Source: an uncultured delta proteobacterium (GTDB lineage Bacteria; Desulfobacterota; Desulfomonilia; Desulfomonilales; Desulfomonilaceae). From it: a stretch of DNA of 64,000 nt. The position numbers and the translations under genes are program-made. The DNA is taken from contig CAWBKB010000003.1 in assembly GCA_963789265.1 (NCBI GenBank), positions 224,001 through 288,000 of the forward strand. The letters are read 5' to 3'. The number at the start of each line of letters is the position of its first letter. Positions within the stretch are counted from its first letter, which is position 1. Positions 31,213-42,780 of the stretch are shown here, piece after piece. The notes beneath the pieces were generated by a model, which was not told the origin of the DNA, did no database searches, and saw only the letters and a program-made list of their open reading frames with translations.

Positions 31213-32649
31213 TTAGGACCGCCCGATCCCACCTGCATTCTCGAGTAGATGCTTCATCAAGAGGTCCAAAAAAGCTTCGGTCTCCTCTCGCGTGAAGAGA
31301 GACGCTGCCGAGGACAGCACAAAATTCAGCCGGTTGCGGTAAGCATAGACGATCAGGAGAAGGTGTGTGCTGGATAACAACTTGTAACCGAGCCCGTGAA
31401 TTTCTCGGATAGCGAGATCCCCGGCGCTGGTCAGGCACGAATCGGGGGTGGGCTTACCGTTCCTTGACGAAGGCCAAATTACGCCCAACAGCGTGACTGC
31501 AAGGGACAACTGATGCATGTTTGCCAAGAAATTGACAATCCTGCGCCTCACGCGGAAGGGGAAAACGCGGACAACTGACGTCATACGAGAGATATCCTGA
31601 AAAAATCTATAATCCATCTGGTTGCGGAGCTGCTTGATTCTAGCCAAGGCAATGGAGCGAGCGAACGCAGAGATATCCTGTCTGTCGCGCGGTCTGGACT
31701 TGAAGAAGAGAAGCCCGCTATTGTTCACGTCGTCAAAAGCACGATACCTGCTTTTCATGTTAACTGAGATGGCGGTGGTCAACACCCCGGGTGGAACATT
31801 TCGTGCCCGGTTCCATTCGTCCACCACTCTGTTGGCGCAAGCCACGAGCATATCTACAAGTGAAGCACCGCTTCGAGAGGCTGCTCTGTTGATCTCTTCG
31901 GTCTCCTCCGCAGACAATACTTTTTTTATATGATGCTGGCGCGGATCATGGGGTAGGCCGTTGCCGGCAGGCAGGATGGGCCGTTCCATCGGACGCGTCA
32001 GGACATCTCGAACATTCGCCAGAGAATCTCTCAGCTTCGGCTTCTTGACGCGTACCAGTCTCTTTCGGGCCGTGGAAATGGCATGCGGTTGACAAATTGC
32101 CTCCGGCCTCTGTCCGGTCAATATTTCGTGATAATTTACTAGAAATTCTTTGCCAAATTCTGACGCCACCCCTGCATCGCATGCCACGTGATGGATCACA
32201 GGGGCTATAATATGATGGTCTTTCGCCAACCGGACCATGTGGAATTCCGCGACGGGCTCCGTGAACAGATCCCAGTCCCTGTCCAAATGCGGGGTCATGT
32301 GGTCCAGAAAGCGGTCTAAGCTATTCGATGATCCGTTGGCCGGCTCGGCCTCCGAAATTCTCACGGGCAATTCCGAATCCGGCCGCCGGTCCCAGACAAG
32401 ATGATGGCGCCCTCGCTCCCACACTTCTTTCACGCAGCTGACGAGTCTGGGGAACTTCCTCGTAGCCAGTCGTGCAGCCAATGTCATGGCTTCCTCATCA
32501 AGGCGACCTTTTACCTCCAGCGCCGTGATAAGGATGTTCTTTGTGTTACCGCAACTGGACAATGCCATCATTTCGGAGATGGCGTCCAATTTGACTGGGG
32601 CTTCCTCCATCCTCATATACAACAAGCCTTTGCAATCCCGTCTACTCAA
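31213..32649 (-). CDS. Stand-alone condensation-domain / CoA-dependent acyltransferase-fold protein
   Basis: HHxxxD motif (IHHVACDAG), DLFTEPV, ~470 aa, no adenylation or carrier domain. Confidence 0.75.
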   Translation of the reverse strand: MSRRDCKGLLYMRMEEAPVKLDAISEMMALSSCGNTKNILITALEVKGRLDEEAMTLAARLATRKFPRLVSCVKEVWERGRHHLVWDRRPDSELPVRISEAEPANGSSNSLDRFLDHMTPHLDRDWDLFTEPVAEFHMVRLAKDHHIIAPVIHHVACDAGVASEFGKEFLVNYHEILTGQRPEAICQPHAISTARKRLVRVKKPKLRDSLANVRDVLTRPMERPILPAGNGLPHDPRQHHIKKVLSAEETEEINRAASRSGASLVDMLVACANRVVDEWNRARNVPPGVLTTAISVNMKSRYRAFDDVNNSGLLFFKSRPRDRQDISAFARSIALARIKQLRNQMDYRFFQDISRMTSVVRVFPFRVRRRIVNFLANMHQLSLAVTLLGVIWPSSRNGKPTPDSCLTSAGDLAIREIHGLGYKLLSSTHLLLIVYAYRNRLNFVLSSAASLFTREETEAFLDLLMKHLLENAGGIGRS

Positions 32650-33117
32650 GACCAGTGCATTTTTCAGGACAACCGCACCGGTCCAGGGCTTTAAGAATCA
32701 CGTTCATGGTAATCGGCGCGAGGGCGAAATTCTCGAGATCCTTTCGATCCACCCACGTTGCTTCCGTCGCATCCGACCCCGCGATTAGGTACCTCCTACC
32801 ACTCGGCACGCGTAATCGGCGAGCACATAATGGTAAGAGATTCGCCCTTGTTCGTCAGTGAATATCCGCTCTACCAGTTCCACCAGGGCCCAAGGCTCCA
32901 CACAGAGCGCCGTTTCTTCCCGAGCTTCACGTACCACTGCGTCCCTAAGGGTTTCCCCGAGCCGAACCAGTCCTCCCGGAATACTCCACTCACCAGCCGC
33001 TGGAGGCATTCCTCTTCGAATCAGCACAATGCGGCTCTGGTCGGTGATAAGAGCCCCAACGCCCACGAGGGGAGATGCCGGATATTCCCTGGGTATGTCG
33101 CGGTCTAGCAGACTCAA
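32642..33117 (-). CDS. NUDIX hydrolase (one frameshift near 32788)
   Basis: Nudix box PGGLVRLGETLRDAVVREAREET; the other frame continues LIAGSDATEATWV...LE* to 32642. Confidence 0.85.
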
Positions 33118-34187
33118 ACTTCCGAAAAGAAGTAATGTTTCAAGCAGTTCGTTCGCTCGACATAGTTCGCGGGGTCAAGAAGCCACGTTGCCGCGCTGAA
33201 TGAGCTCAGCAAGGAGTTTCCGTCTTGCGGGGTGAAACAGAAGCCTATGACCTCGTGCCCTTTTCGGACCTCCATGCAAGGTTCCACGACCACCGTTTGG
33301 TTCAGAATTCTTCCGAAGTATCCATGATCTCTGCCAAAAGAGAACACCTCGCAAGCCGACTGCTTTTTCGTAAGGCTGATTCGATCGTCGGCTTTGAAAC
33401 GGGCGATCACGTCTTCGCGGGTGACGGCTCTCTTGAGCTTAAGCTGGAAATATATGCAGTGCATGTACTGGGTATTCAATTTCAGAGCGGAAGACCAAAG
33501 AGTAAGATCGAGCCCCTTTGTACGGAAGAGATGATACGCGTCTCTGGCATGGTGAGTCCCGAAAACCGGGTCCCCGTGTTTGCCGACATCCGGCGAGGGA
33601 ACAAAGCCTTTGACCTGGCTGATGTCATTTGCCCGCCGAATGCACAGGAAGCGGGCTTCCTCCAAGTTGTCGTCCCCGTCGGTCAGTGCCACGGTATTGA
33701 TAAGTGCACACAGGTTGTGAGTGTTGCAGCTCACCACCTGGACAAAGCGGTCATTACCGACCTCAAGGGCATCGTCATTAATCCCACGGGCATACATCTT
33801 ACCGAATCCGAATTCGCTCCCCTGCGCAATGAACCCTTTTGTGTTCGCCAGGTATTTTTCATAGAATTCGTTCTTGTTGGATATGCCGACTCCGGAAGGT
33901 GTGCAGTCCACAACTACATCTGCCTTTTCCAGTGCCTCCTCGTGGGTCATGACGGGTTCCAGACCTAACGATTCAAAGTCACTTATTTTGTCCTCGTCAA
34001 CGACCAGTTTGGCTCCCCGGGCAATCAGCGCCTTCATCTTGGGCATGTCCTTTACCAGGGGGGAGCGTTTATGAAAAGTCACTTCAGAAAACCCGGCTTG
34101 ATCTTTGAAAGAACAGAGCAATCCGATAAGGGGCTCTCCGATGGTACCTGTCCCGACGACGTGGACCACGCCTTTGTCCTTACCCAT
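33114..34187 (-). CDS. Archaeal-type (class II) GAPDH-like NAD(P)-dependent dehydrogenase
   Basis: GTGTIG Rossmann motif, VVVDCTPSG, AQGSE, VVSCNTH, RRAND, THHARD. Confidence 0.75.
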   Translation of the reverse strand: MGKDKGVVHVVGTGTIGEPLIGLLCSFKDQAGFSEVTFHKRSPLVKDMPKMKALIARGAKLVVDEDKISDFESLGLEPVMTHEEALEKADVVVDCTPSGVGISNKNEFYEKYLANTKGFIAQGSEFGFGKMYARGINDDALEVGNDRFVQVVSCNTHNLCALINTVALTDGDDNLEEARFLCIRRANDISQVKGFVPSPDVGKHGDPVFGTHHARDAYHLFRTKGLDLTLWSSALKLNTQYMHCIYFQLKLKRAVTREDVIARFKADDRISLTKKQSACEVFSFGRDHGYFGRILNQTVVVEPCMEVRKGHEVIGFCFTPQDGNSLLSSFSAATWLLDPANYVERTNCLKHYFFSEV

Positions 34188-34421
34188 TCCTCTCTTCTCC
34201 TTTCCGGAAAGAATACGTGTTGCGGTTATGCAATTAGATTAACAGTTTTTTCTCTGTGGCGCAACCAAGCCGCGTCTCTGCCGGCCCACGCCTCACCATC
34301 TCAAATTTAAGCTCCAAAGCTATGTTTGGAAATTGCCGGGCGACGACCGGCATGTTTATGTATAGAAATGCGACTAATTGCCCGGTGGTTCCGTAATGTG
34401 TTCGACTAAACGGCGACCGGC

Positions 34422-36390
34422 TCAGGAAAACGGAAGAAAATCCTGCAGCCAGGACTTGCGCCGCGGCTCGGCCTCTTTTTCAACTTCCTTCGTCGTCTGT
34501 GATTCTTCTGATTCAACCTCCTGAGCCGGGATCGACTCGGGCTCCGTAGGAGCGGTCTGCTCCTGAGTAATTTCCGGCGCCTGAGGCTCAGCCGATTGCT
34601 CTGGTTTTATCTGCTCCTGCGTTTCTCTTACTTCTTCCATCACTTCGAGTACGCTCACGGCCGACACGGTCTCGATCTTTTCCGCCTCCTCAGCGAAAGC
34701 TTCTTTCGGAGAAGGCGCTTCCTCTGTCTCCGGGGCAATGAACTGCTCTTCCCCGCCCGAGGGAGCCCTTTTCCTGGGGCGGCGGCGGCGTCGGCCCGGC
34801 TTTCGGGCTTTCTGCATTTCCAGCTCCGCAGGCGCTTCTTCCTCCCCGGCCTCAACCGCTTCCGGGGCCGCAGGCGCGGCAGACAGTGCCTCTAAGGCCG
34901 GCAGTTCAGGAATTTCTTCTTTGACCCCCTCCACAGAAATGTCCTTGTCGGGAAGAGTTTGTCTTACCAGGATTACAACTCTGGAGCCTGGACCGATGCT
35001 CCATCTCCACAAGCTGACCCCGCATGTTGTTCAACAAGTATTCCGCCACTTTTGCGGGCACCGTAGCTCTCACTTCCGAAACTTCGCTCTTTATCAGCAA
35101 GGATTTGATTCTCCTGTACACTGAAACCGCAGACGTTTCGGGAGAGCGGATTTTACCGTGGCCCTCACAAAGGGGGCATTCCTCATATTCACCTGTGCCA
35201 AGGGACGATTTGAGCCGCTGTCGCGTAAGTTCCAGTAATCCCAGAGCGGAGATGCGGAGCATTTTAGTCTTGGCTCTGTCACCTTTAAGCACCGCTTTCA
35301 TCGCCTTTTCGACTTCTTGCTTGTGTTTTTTCAGGGACATGTCGATAAAGTCAACGACGATGATTCCGCCCAGGTCCCGCAATCGCAATTGTCGAGCGAC
35401 TTCAGGCACGGCCTCCATATTTACCCGGAAGGCCGTTTCTTCAATTCCCTTTTCTTTTGTGGCGCTTCCTGAATTGACATCCACGGTGACCAGCGCTTCA
35501 GTGGGCTCTATTACGATATGCCCACCGGATTTGAGCCTGATCTTCTTACGGTAGACCTGTTCCAACTGTTCTTCGAGCTGGTACTTGTTGAAGAGGGGAC
35601 GCTTTTCCTGATACAATTTTACGAGATTCTTGTACCTGGGCATGACCTCGTGGAAAAAATCCCGGACTTTTATGCTGACCTCTCTATCATCCACTAATAT
35701 CTCATTGATATCGGCCGAGAAATGCTCCCGTATTGCACGGATGACAATATCATGCTCTCTGTAGAGGAGGGCCGGCGCCTGCTCGTCCTTCACACTCTTT
35801 TCAATGGATTGCCACAATTTTAGAAGGTAATCCAGATCGCGCGAGAGTTCCCCTTTTGTTCGGCCCATCCCCGCCGTTCGAATAATAAACCCCATGTTTT
35901 CTGGGAGCTTGAACTGGGTGCCAATCTCCTTTAGCTTCTGGCGCTCCTTTTCGTCCTCAATCTTGCGGGAAACTCCGTAAAGATCCGTTCCCGGCATCAG
36001 CACCAGGTAGCGGCCGGCCAAGGAAATGTTGGTCGTCAGGCTGGCACCCTTGGATTCACGCTCTTCTTTGTTTACTTGGACGAGCACCCGATCGTCCTTC
36101 TTGAAAACGTCTTGAATTCGTGGGCGTCGTCGACTACCCTCGAAAGATTCGGGAAAATACGAGGGGTGTACGTCGTTAATAGACAAAAAACCGTTTCTGG
36201 TACCGCCGTAATCGACGAATACCGCTTGAAGGGACGGCTCGATTCTGCTTACGACTGCCTTGTAGATGTTGCCCAGCGTCGCCTCTCTCGCTTTAACCTG
36301 GACATCAAGTTCCTCCAGCACCCCGTCCCAAACTACTGCTACCCTGCATTCCTCGGGATGGCTGGCGTTTATGAGCATTTTTTTTACCAT
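34422..36390 (-). CDS. rne: Ribonuclease E/G family with acidic disordered C-terminal tail (one frameshift near 34995)
   Basis: GNIYKAVV..LQAVFVDYG, GRYLVLMP, DVNSG, LRDLGGIIVVDFIDM, CPLCEG; Arg-rich and Glu/Pro-rich tail. Confidence 0.9.
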
Positions 36391-36481
36391 GTTGCTATTC
36401 TGTTCCTTGTTGAGCTTCTTGTAACTAATCTTTGTTCACTGCTTACCGTCACCACGGGCCCTCCTCTTCGTGGAAGCTTCG

Positions 36482-37060
36482 TCAATCTATAAGACTTTTA
36501 ATCTCTTTCCACAATTCATTTTTGCCCAGGCCGGTGTGAGCTGAAAAAGCAATCACAGGGGCATGATCGTTAAATTGAGCCTTGATAGCCCGTTGCTGGA
36601 GCGACAGAGCGCCGCGGGCAAGTTTATCCGCTTTGGTTGCTGCGATGATCACGGGGATGTTCCGTGAGTGCAGGTAAGTAATCAGACGAACATCGGCATC
36701 CGTGGAAAGCCGTCTCACGTCGACAATGACCACTACTCCGGCTAATTCTTTTCTTTCTTCGAGATAGTGTTCCACCATTGGGGCCCATTGTCTTTGCACT
36801 TCCAGCGGAACGCGCGCAAACCCGTACCCGGGAAAATCCACGAAAATAAAGCTGTCATTGATCAGAAAGAAGTTGAGTTTTCGTGTATGGCCCGGAGTCT
36901 TAGATATCCGCACAAGGGTATGCCGCCCTAGCAGGGTATTGATCGTGGACGATTTGCCCACGTTGGAACGCCCTGCAAAAGCGATCTCCTTTAATCCCCC
37001 TGTGGGGTAACCCTTTTTGTCCTGCGCGGCTAGCAGGAAATTCGCTTCGAAGATTTTCAT
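36482..37060 (-). CDS. engB: Ribosome biogenesis GTPase EngB/YsxC
   Basis: GRSNVGKSS, SKTPG, DFPGYG, TKADK. Confidence 0.95.
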   Translation of the reverse strand: MKIFEANFLLAAQDKKGYPTGGLKEIAFAGRSNVGKSSTINTLLGRHTLVRISKTPGHTRKLNFFLINDSFIFVDFPGYGFARVPLEVQRQWAPMVEHYLEERKELAGVVVIVDVRRLSTDADVRLITYLHSRNIPVIIAATKADKLARGALSLQQRAIKAQFNDHAPVIAFSAHTGLGKNELWKEIKSLID

Positions 37061-37384
37061 TTCATGTTGCCGATTCACGCGGCCTTCCAAGCATGTATGT
37101 GCGCGTGAATAATCTCATTCTTGTTCCGCAGCCGAACTCGCAACCTCTTTGTACCAAATTCATACCCTGGCAGGATATTGTTTCGTGATCGCGGATGCTC
37201 TGAGCCATGCAAGCCGAAAGGCGGCATTTCGTATTCTGTTCGGAATATCTTGGACCCGAAAAAGAAGCTTCAATAATATAGACAAAGGGGAACTGCCACA
37301 GTTGCAATACAGAATCTCGGCCGGGTCAACGATCACTCGCTTTGCCGTTCGTATGTTCAGAATCGAGGCCATCACGATGAACAT

Positions 37385-37482
37385 TGGCGGAGGTGCATGG
37401 GAATCGAACCCACCCAGGACGGTACTAGCGCCCTGCTTACGGTTTTGAAGACCGCGGAGCCCACCAGGACTCTACCACCTCC
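37385..37482 (-). tRNA. selC: tRNA-Sec (anticodon TCA)
   Basis: GGAGGTGG...6-bp D stem...CTTCAAA anticodon loop, long variable arm, GTTCGATT T loop, CACCTCC-G-CCA end; 98 nt. Confidence 0.95.
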
Positions 37483-37689
37483 CTGCTGCACTGTTTCTGG
37501 CGCGGTGTTCAAGGGTATAATATACTTTTCTCGGTAATCATGGAAGCGGATGTTGCATACATATCAAAATTGATGGACTTCATAGCAAGAATATGTGCCT
37601 AGAATCGTGCCACGATGGCAGCCGGCGCGGGACTGGGAACGAGAAAGAGCTGAACACAAGGCACTTTTCCCAGATTGCCTTTCCACTTC

Positions 37690-37814
37690 AGTAAGCATGC
37701 AGTCTTGTGGGGCAGGCTTTCCAGCCTGCCGGGGAAACCCCTGTTCAATGGCGGGCTAGAAAGCCCACCCCACGAAGCCATCCGCAAATTCCGGCTGTTA
37801 CTGAATGGTTACCC
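37690..37814 (+). repeat. MITE/REP-like element; inverted copy at 61796-61924
   Basis: gtggggcaggctttccagcctgcc...ggcgggctagaaagcccaccccac...ctgaatggttacc. Confidence 0.75.
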
Positions 37815-37887
37815 ATTTTAACGCTTTTCTGTTGACTTTCACGTTCAACGACTGCTAGGTTGATGTCTGAATAGTTGGAACGCTTTG

Positions 37888-38045
37888 AAGAGGATAGGTA
37901 ATCCCTTTGGGGACTTAAGGGAAAACGGTGCAAAACCGTTGCGGACCCGCCGCTGTGACCGGGGACGAAAGCCGTATAGCCACTGTCAGTATTGATGGGA
38001 AGGGCGGCAAGTAGGACGAACCGGAAGCCAGAAGACCTGCCTGTC
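37888..38045 (+). ncRNA. Cobalamin (AdoCbl) riboswitch
   Basis: AGGGAA..CGGTG.AAA.CCG, GCCGCTGT, GCCACTG, GGGAAGG and B12-box AAGCCAGAAGACCTGCC, upstream of cob genes. Confidence 0.95.
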
Positions 38046-38107
38046 TATAGACAAGGGTGTCACGCTCTTCGTGGATCGGGAGCTTGGCAACTGGGATGAA
38101 AAACGGC

Positions 38108-38143
38108 ATCCCCGGGTAATTCTTTGCCCGGGGATTTCTTTTT
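38108..38143 (+). terminator. Intrinsic terminator, probable riboswitch expression platform
   Basis: atccccggg...cccggggat stem followed by ttcttttt. Confidence 0.75.
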
Positions 38144-38279
38144 GCCCTTGCTGGATCGTTTCTTCTCCCCGGCCACTAAGTTCTGCCAGGCCCCGTCGAT
38201 TTTGATCCCTTGTTTCGGTCATGGTTTCCTTCTTTGACTGCAGCCTGAATCAGGCCGATCTTTCATGGGCAAGAGATTT

Positions 38280-38832
38280 GTGGCTCGAGTAATCCTTATA
38301 ACGGGCGGCACACGAAGCGGAAAGAGCGAATATGCGACAAAGCGCGGAGAGACTCTGCCCGGCGCACGGGCCTTCGTGGCAACATGTCTTCCCATCGATG
38401 AGGAGATGACCCGGCGGATCAAGAGGCATCAACAGGAGAGACTAAACGCCGATTGGCACACAATAGAAGAGCCCCTGGATCTTGCCGACACGTTGCGAAA
38501 AACGCGGGGTTTCGATGTGTCTTCTCGTGGATTGCCTCACCCTCTGGATAAGCAACCTTATGTATCGAGCCTATCAACAGGAGGGATCCTTGTCCGAGGA
38601 AGACATGGCCGCCACAGCGAACGAACTGCTTCAAGCCTGTTCAACTATTCCGGGCACCGTAATATTTGTCACCAATGAGGTGGGATCGGGAATTGTGCCT
38701 GAAAATGATGTGTCCCGGCACTATCGCGATTTGGTAGGACGGTGCAACCAAATCATGGCCTCGGGCGCAGATGAAGTTACCTTGGTAGCCTGTGGGCTGC
38801 CGTTAATTCTTAAGAGAGGAAAACACGAATGA
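38280..38832 (+). CDS. cobU: Adenosylcobinamide kinase / guanylyltransferase (one frameshift near 38520)
   Basis: ITGGTRSGKS, RIKRHQ, EEPLDL, then LVDCLTLW, TNEVGSG, YRDLVGRCNQ. Confidence 0.92.
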
Positions 38833-39893
38833 GGCTGCTTGAAAAAACCACTAAACAGATTGTGCCACAGGAAAAAGCTGCGAGAGACAAAGCTCGGGAA
38901 CGGCTCGACCAGCTCACCATGCCGCATTGGGCCCTGGGTAGGCTGATGGATCTTGCAATTGACCTGGCGGGTATAACTCGATCCATAGCTCCACCGGTGA
39001 GCAAGCGAGTGATTGTCACAATGGCGGGGGATCACGGTGTGGTCGCAGAGGGTGTAAGCAAGTACCCTCAGGAAGTCACAGTCCAGATGGTTTATAACTT
39101 TCTGCGAGGTGGGGCTGGAATCAACGCCATGGCGCGAGTGGCCGATGCGAAAGTGGTAGTGGTGGACATGGGCGTGGCAGGGGAAATCGCCGAGGCGCCA
39201 CGAGACGGCAGCTTCTTTTCCAAGCGCATTGGAGCCGGTACCAGTAACATCGGTGCAGGGCCGGCAATGAGCCCCGAAGATGCGATACGTTCCATTGAGG
39301 CGGGGATTGAATTGGCCCTGCAACTAGGAACTTCTTTTGACATTTTCGGCACGGGCGATATGGGAATCGGCAATACAACGCCCAGCAGTGCCATTGTTGC
39401 GGCCGTCACCGGCGCTTCCCCAGCCAATGTCACCGGTCGCGGAACCGGAATCGACGACGACCAATTCAGGCATAAGATTTCAGTGATAGAGAAGATCCTG
39501 AAAGTCAACAGCCCCGACCCTAAAGATCCTTTAAATCTATTGGCCAAGGTGGGCGGCTTCGAGATCGGCGGGATTGCGGGTTTGATTCTGGGGGCCGCGT
39601 CTATTCAAAAGCCGATATTGATAGATGGTTTTATCTCTTCGGCCGGGGCCTTGATAGCTTTTGGCCTGGCTCCTGATGCAGCGGATTACATGATTGCCGC
39701 CCATCGGAGCATGGAACAGGGGCACAGAATCGCCCTGGATCACATGAACAAAAAGCCGCTGCTGGACCTGGACCTGAGATTGGGTGAGGGTACCGGAGCG
39801 GCGTTGGCGATGACCCTGGTGGAAGCCGCAGCTCGGCTACTTACCGAGGTCGCGACATTCGCCGAGGCATCTGTATCTGAAGCGGACAAATGA
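38829..39893 (+). CDS. cobT: Nicotinate-nucleotide--dimethylbenzimidazole phosphoribosyltransferase
   Basis: AGDHGV, GDMGIGNTT, GGFEI, LRLGEGTGA. Confidence 0.95.
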   Translation: MRLLEKTTKQIVPQEKAARDKARERLDQLTMPHWALGRLMDLAIDLAGITRSIAPPVSKRVIVTMAGDHGVVAEGVSKYPQEVTVQMVYNFLRGGAGINAMARVADAKVVVVDMGVAGEIAEAPRDGSFFSKRIGAGTSNIGAGPAMSPEDAIRSIEAGIELALQLGTSFDIFGTGDMGIGNTTPSSAIVAAVTGASPANVTGRGTGIDDDQFRHKISVIEKILKVNSPDPKDPLNLLAKVGGFEIGGIAGLILGAASIQKPILIDGFISSAGALIAFGLAPDAADYMIAAHRSMEQGHRIALDHMNKKPLLDLDLRLGEGTGAALAMTLVEAAARLLTEVATFAEASVSEADK

Positions 39894-40208
39894 GTCGATT
39901 TGCAGTCAAGAGGCGTGCTTACAAGCCGCCTGATTGGCCAAGTGCCGCGTTTCACAAGTGCGATGCCACTTGCTCGGTAGCGCCGGCGTCCCGAAACTGT
40001 CTCAAAATCGAGGTATGAGTGAGATTCGTGGCACGATGCCCCTTTTTCCAGGCAATCTCGCGTTCTGCGCGGGACCGGGGGCTACCGTCCCTCGTCCCTC
40101 CGGGAGGCTTGCCTTTGAGCCCCATCGGGGCGACAGAAAGTAGACCGGTGCTTCAGCGCCGGGTTGTCTGAGGCCCTGAGCGGCCCTCCTGATCGCGAGA
40201 GTAATCTC

Positions 40209-42780
40209 ATGGACATTGGACACGGCGGCAATCTGACTTATCTGGCAAGCGTTTCGGGCCTTGAAGCGGAGCGTATTCTTGATTTCTCCGCCAATATCAA
40301 TCCCCTGGGGCCGCCGGAATGGATGCGTTTCTGTCGTGAGCGCCGCGCTGGATTCCGTTGTTCATTACCCTGACCCTGCTTGTACTAAACTGGTGGCTGC
40401 TGTTGCGGGTCGTTACCGCGTGGAACCCGGCAACGTTATAGTGGGAAACGGTTCCACGGAGATCCTTCATCTCATTCCGAGAGTTCTGGGTTTGAGCCGA
40501 GCGGTCATTCCGACTCCCTGCTATTCGGATTATCTCTCAAGCGCTGTTCATGCCGGCATGCAAATCCAAACCGTTCGCCTGGAGGATGGCCAAGATTTCG
40601 CCCTGGATTTTCAGCAGCTTGAAGCCAATCTTCTAGGCAATGACCTGGTCTTCTTGTGCACGCCCAATAACCCCACCGGGGTACTGCTTGACGCCAAGGC
40701 CCTCAGAAGCGTCGCTTCGGACAACCCTTCCACGCTCTTTTTGGTGGACGAGGCTTTCGGCGACTTTGTGGAGGGCATGGACAGCCTGTCAGTTGACCGC
40801 CCCGAAAATGTGATTGTCCTCCTTTCATTGACCAAAATTTACGCAATTCCCGGTCTGCGCCTCGGCTGCGCTCTTGCCGACGCCTCCATCGTGCAGCGGG
40901 TGCTCGAATTGCAGCCCCCTTGGTCGGTCAATACCATTGCTCAGGCCGTGGGAGAGGCCGCGCTTCTAGACACCGATTACATTGAACGGAGCCGTAGGTT
41001 CGTGCAGGAAGAGAGGATAAGCCTTGAGGCAGAGCTGAAATCCATCCCGGGGCTGACGGTCTATCCAGGGACCGCCAACTTTTTATTGGTCAGGATCGAT
41101 CGCAAGGGATGGGATGCGAAGCTTCTGGCTCGGCGGCTTCTCCAAGATGGCATAGCCATCCGGGTTTGCGACAATTTCCACGGTTTGGACAAAAGCTTCT
41201 TCAGGATAGCAGTCCGGACATCTGCGCAAAACGGTCGCTTGTGCGATTCTCTCAGAAAAGCATTCGGTTGTCCGCGCAAAATTACGCGAAAGCGCAAAAC
41301 ACCTGCGCTTATGTTGCAAGGGACCAGCTCGAACGCGGGAAAAAGTGTGCTGACTGCGGCTTTCGGACGAATCCTCCTCCAGGACGGATATACAGTTGCC
41401 GCGTTCAAATCCCAGAATATGTCTCTGAACTCTTTCGTAACGAGGGCGGGTGGAGAAATGGGGCGGGCCCAGGTCGTGCAGGCTCAGGCTTGCAAGCTGG
41501 ATCCTGATGTGAGAATGAACCCCGTCCTGTTAAAACCGAACAGCGATACCGGCAGCCAAGTGATCGTTCTGGGCAAGCCTGTGGGAAACATGGATGTTAT
41601 GGAATACGTCCGGTACAAACCTCAGGCATTCGAGGCTGCTAAACAGGCTTATGACTCGCTGGCCGCGGAGAACGACGTGATGGTTCTTGAAGGAGCGGGA
41701 AGTCCCGCGGAGGTAAACCTTAAGAGCCATGACATTGTGAATATGGAAATGGCCCGACACGCGGAAGCCCCGGTCCTGATCGTGGGCGACATTGACCGGG
41801 GAGGTGTTTTTGCATCGTTCATCGGGACTATGGAAGTTCTCGCCGAGTGGGAAAGAGCACTGGTGTGCGGTTTTGTGGTGAATCGTTTCCGCGGTAATGA
41901 AGGGCTACTCCGAGATGCTATCGAATATACCCGTCGCCATACAACTCGGCCTGTGCTTGGCATAGTGCCGTACTTCCGAGATTTGGGTTTGCCGGAAGAG
42001 GATTCTGTGAGCTTCAAATGCGGAGAATTCGATGATTTTAGCCTGGACGAAGATTGTGTCGAAATAGCCGTCGTCGATTTGCCGCACATCTCGAATTTCA
42101 CGGATTTCGACGCGTTTCGTGTTGAGCCCGACGTACGATTGAAGGTGGTCAGGACCGTCTCTGACCTGAATCGACCCGACGCTGTCATTCTGCCCGGAAG
42201 CAAGAACGTCATAGGTGATTTGGAGTACTTGAGACAAAATGGCCTGGACGACAAGATAAGAGAATTGACTGTGAACTGCGGCACGGAGTTGGTGGGAATT
42301 TGCGGTGGATTTCAGATGATCGGCACGGATATCGCCGATCCCCACGGGCTGGAATCAGATCGCAAGACCCTGCCCGGCCTGGGTTTTCTGAATGTAACCA
42401 CTGTCCTGGCTTTGGAGAAGACTCTGACTCGTGCCACCGCGACCCATCTGGAATCGGGCTTTACGGTCCGAGGTTATGAAATCCATCACGGTCAAAGCCG
42501 ATCGTCTGACACTGAGCCTCTGCTCAAGCAAGATGCCGGCACGTTTGATGGAGCACGATCTCCGAATGGGCGGTTTTGGGGGACCTACCTTCATGGGATC
42601 TTTGACTCGGATGAATTCCGACGGTGGTTCATCGACCGGCTCCGTATACGCCGAGGTCTTGCCCCCAAGGGAAAAGTTTGCGCTCGGTACGACATCGAGC
42701 CTGCTCTCGACAAACTGGCTGAGTCGGTCCGCCGCTGTGTGCGAATCGACGAAATCTATCGGCTCATGGGTCTATCATGA
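40209..42780 (+). CDS. cobQ: Fused threonine-phosphate decarboxylase (CobD) and cobyric acid synthase (CobQ/CbiP); one frameshift near 40329
   Basis: [38 protein letters not shown], then [30 protein letters not shown]. Confidence 0.92.

Noticed and set aside
37062..37448. Short ORFs beside tRNA-Sec, or an island integrated at selC
   Set aside because: No recognisable motifs, no integrase, and no duplicated tRNA 3' end seen.
37986..38222. 78-aa antisense ORF with an RBS-like sequence
   Set aside because: It overlaps the riboswitch aptamer and terminator and has no protein-like motifs.
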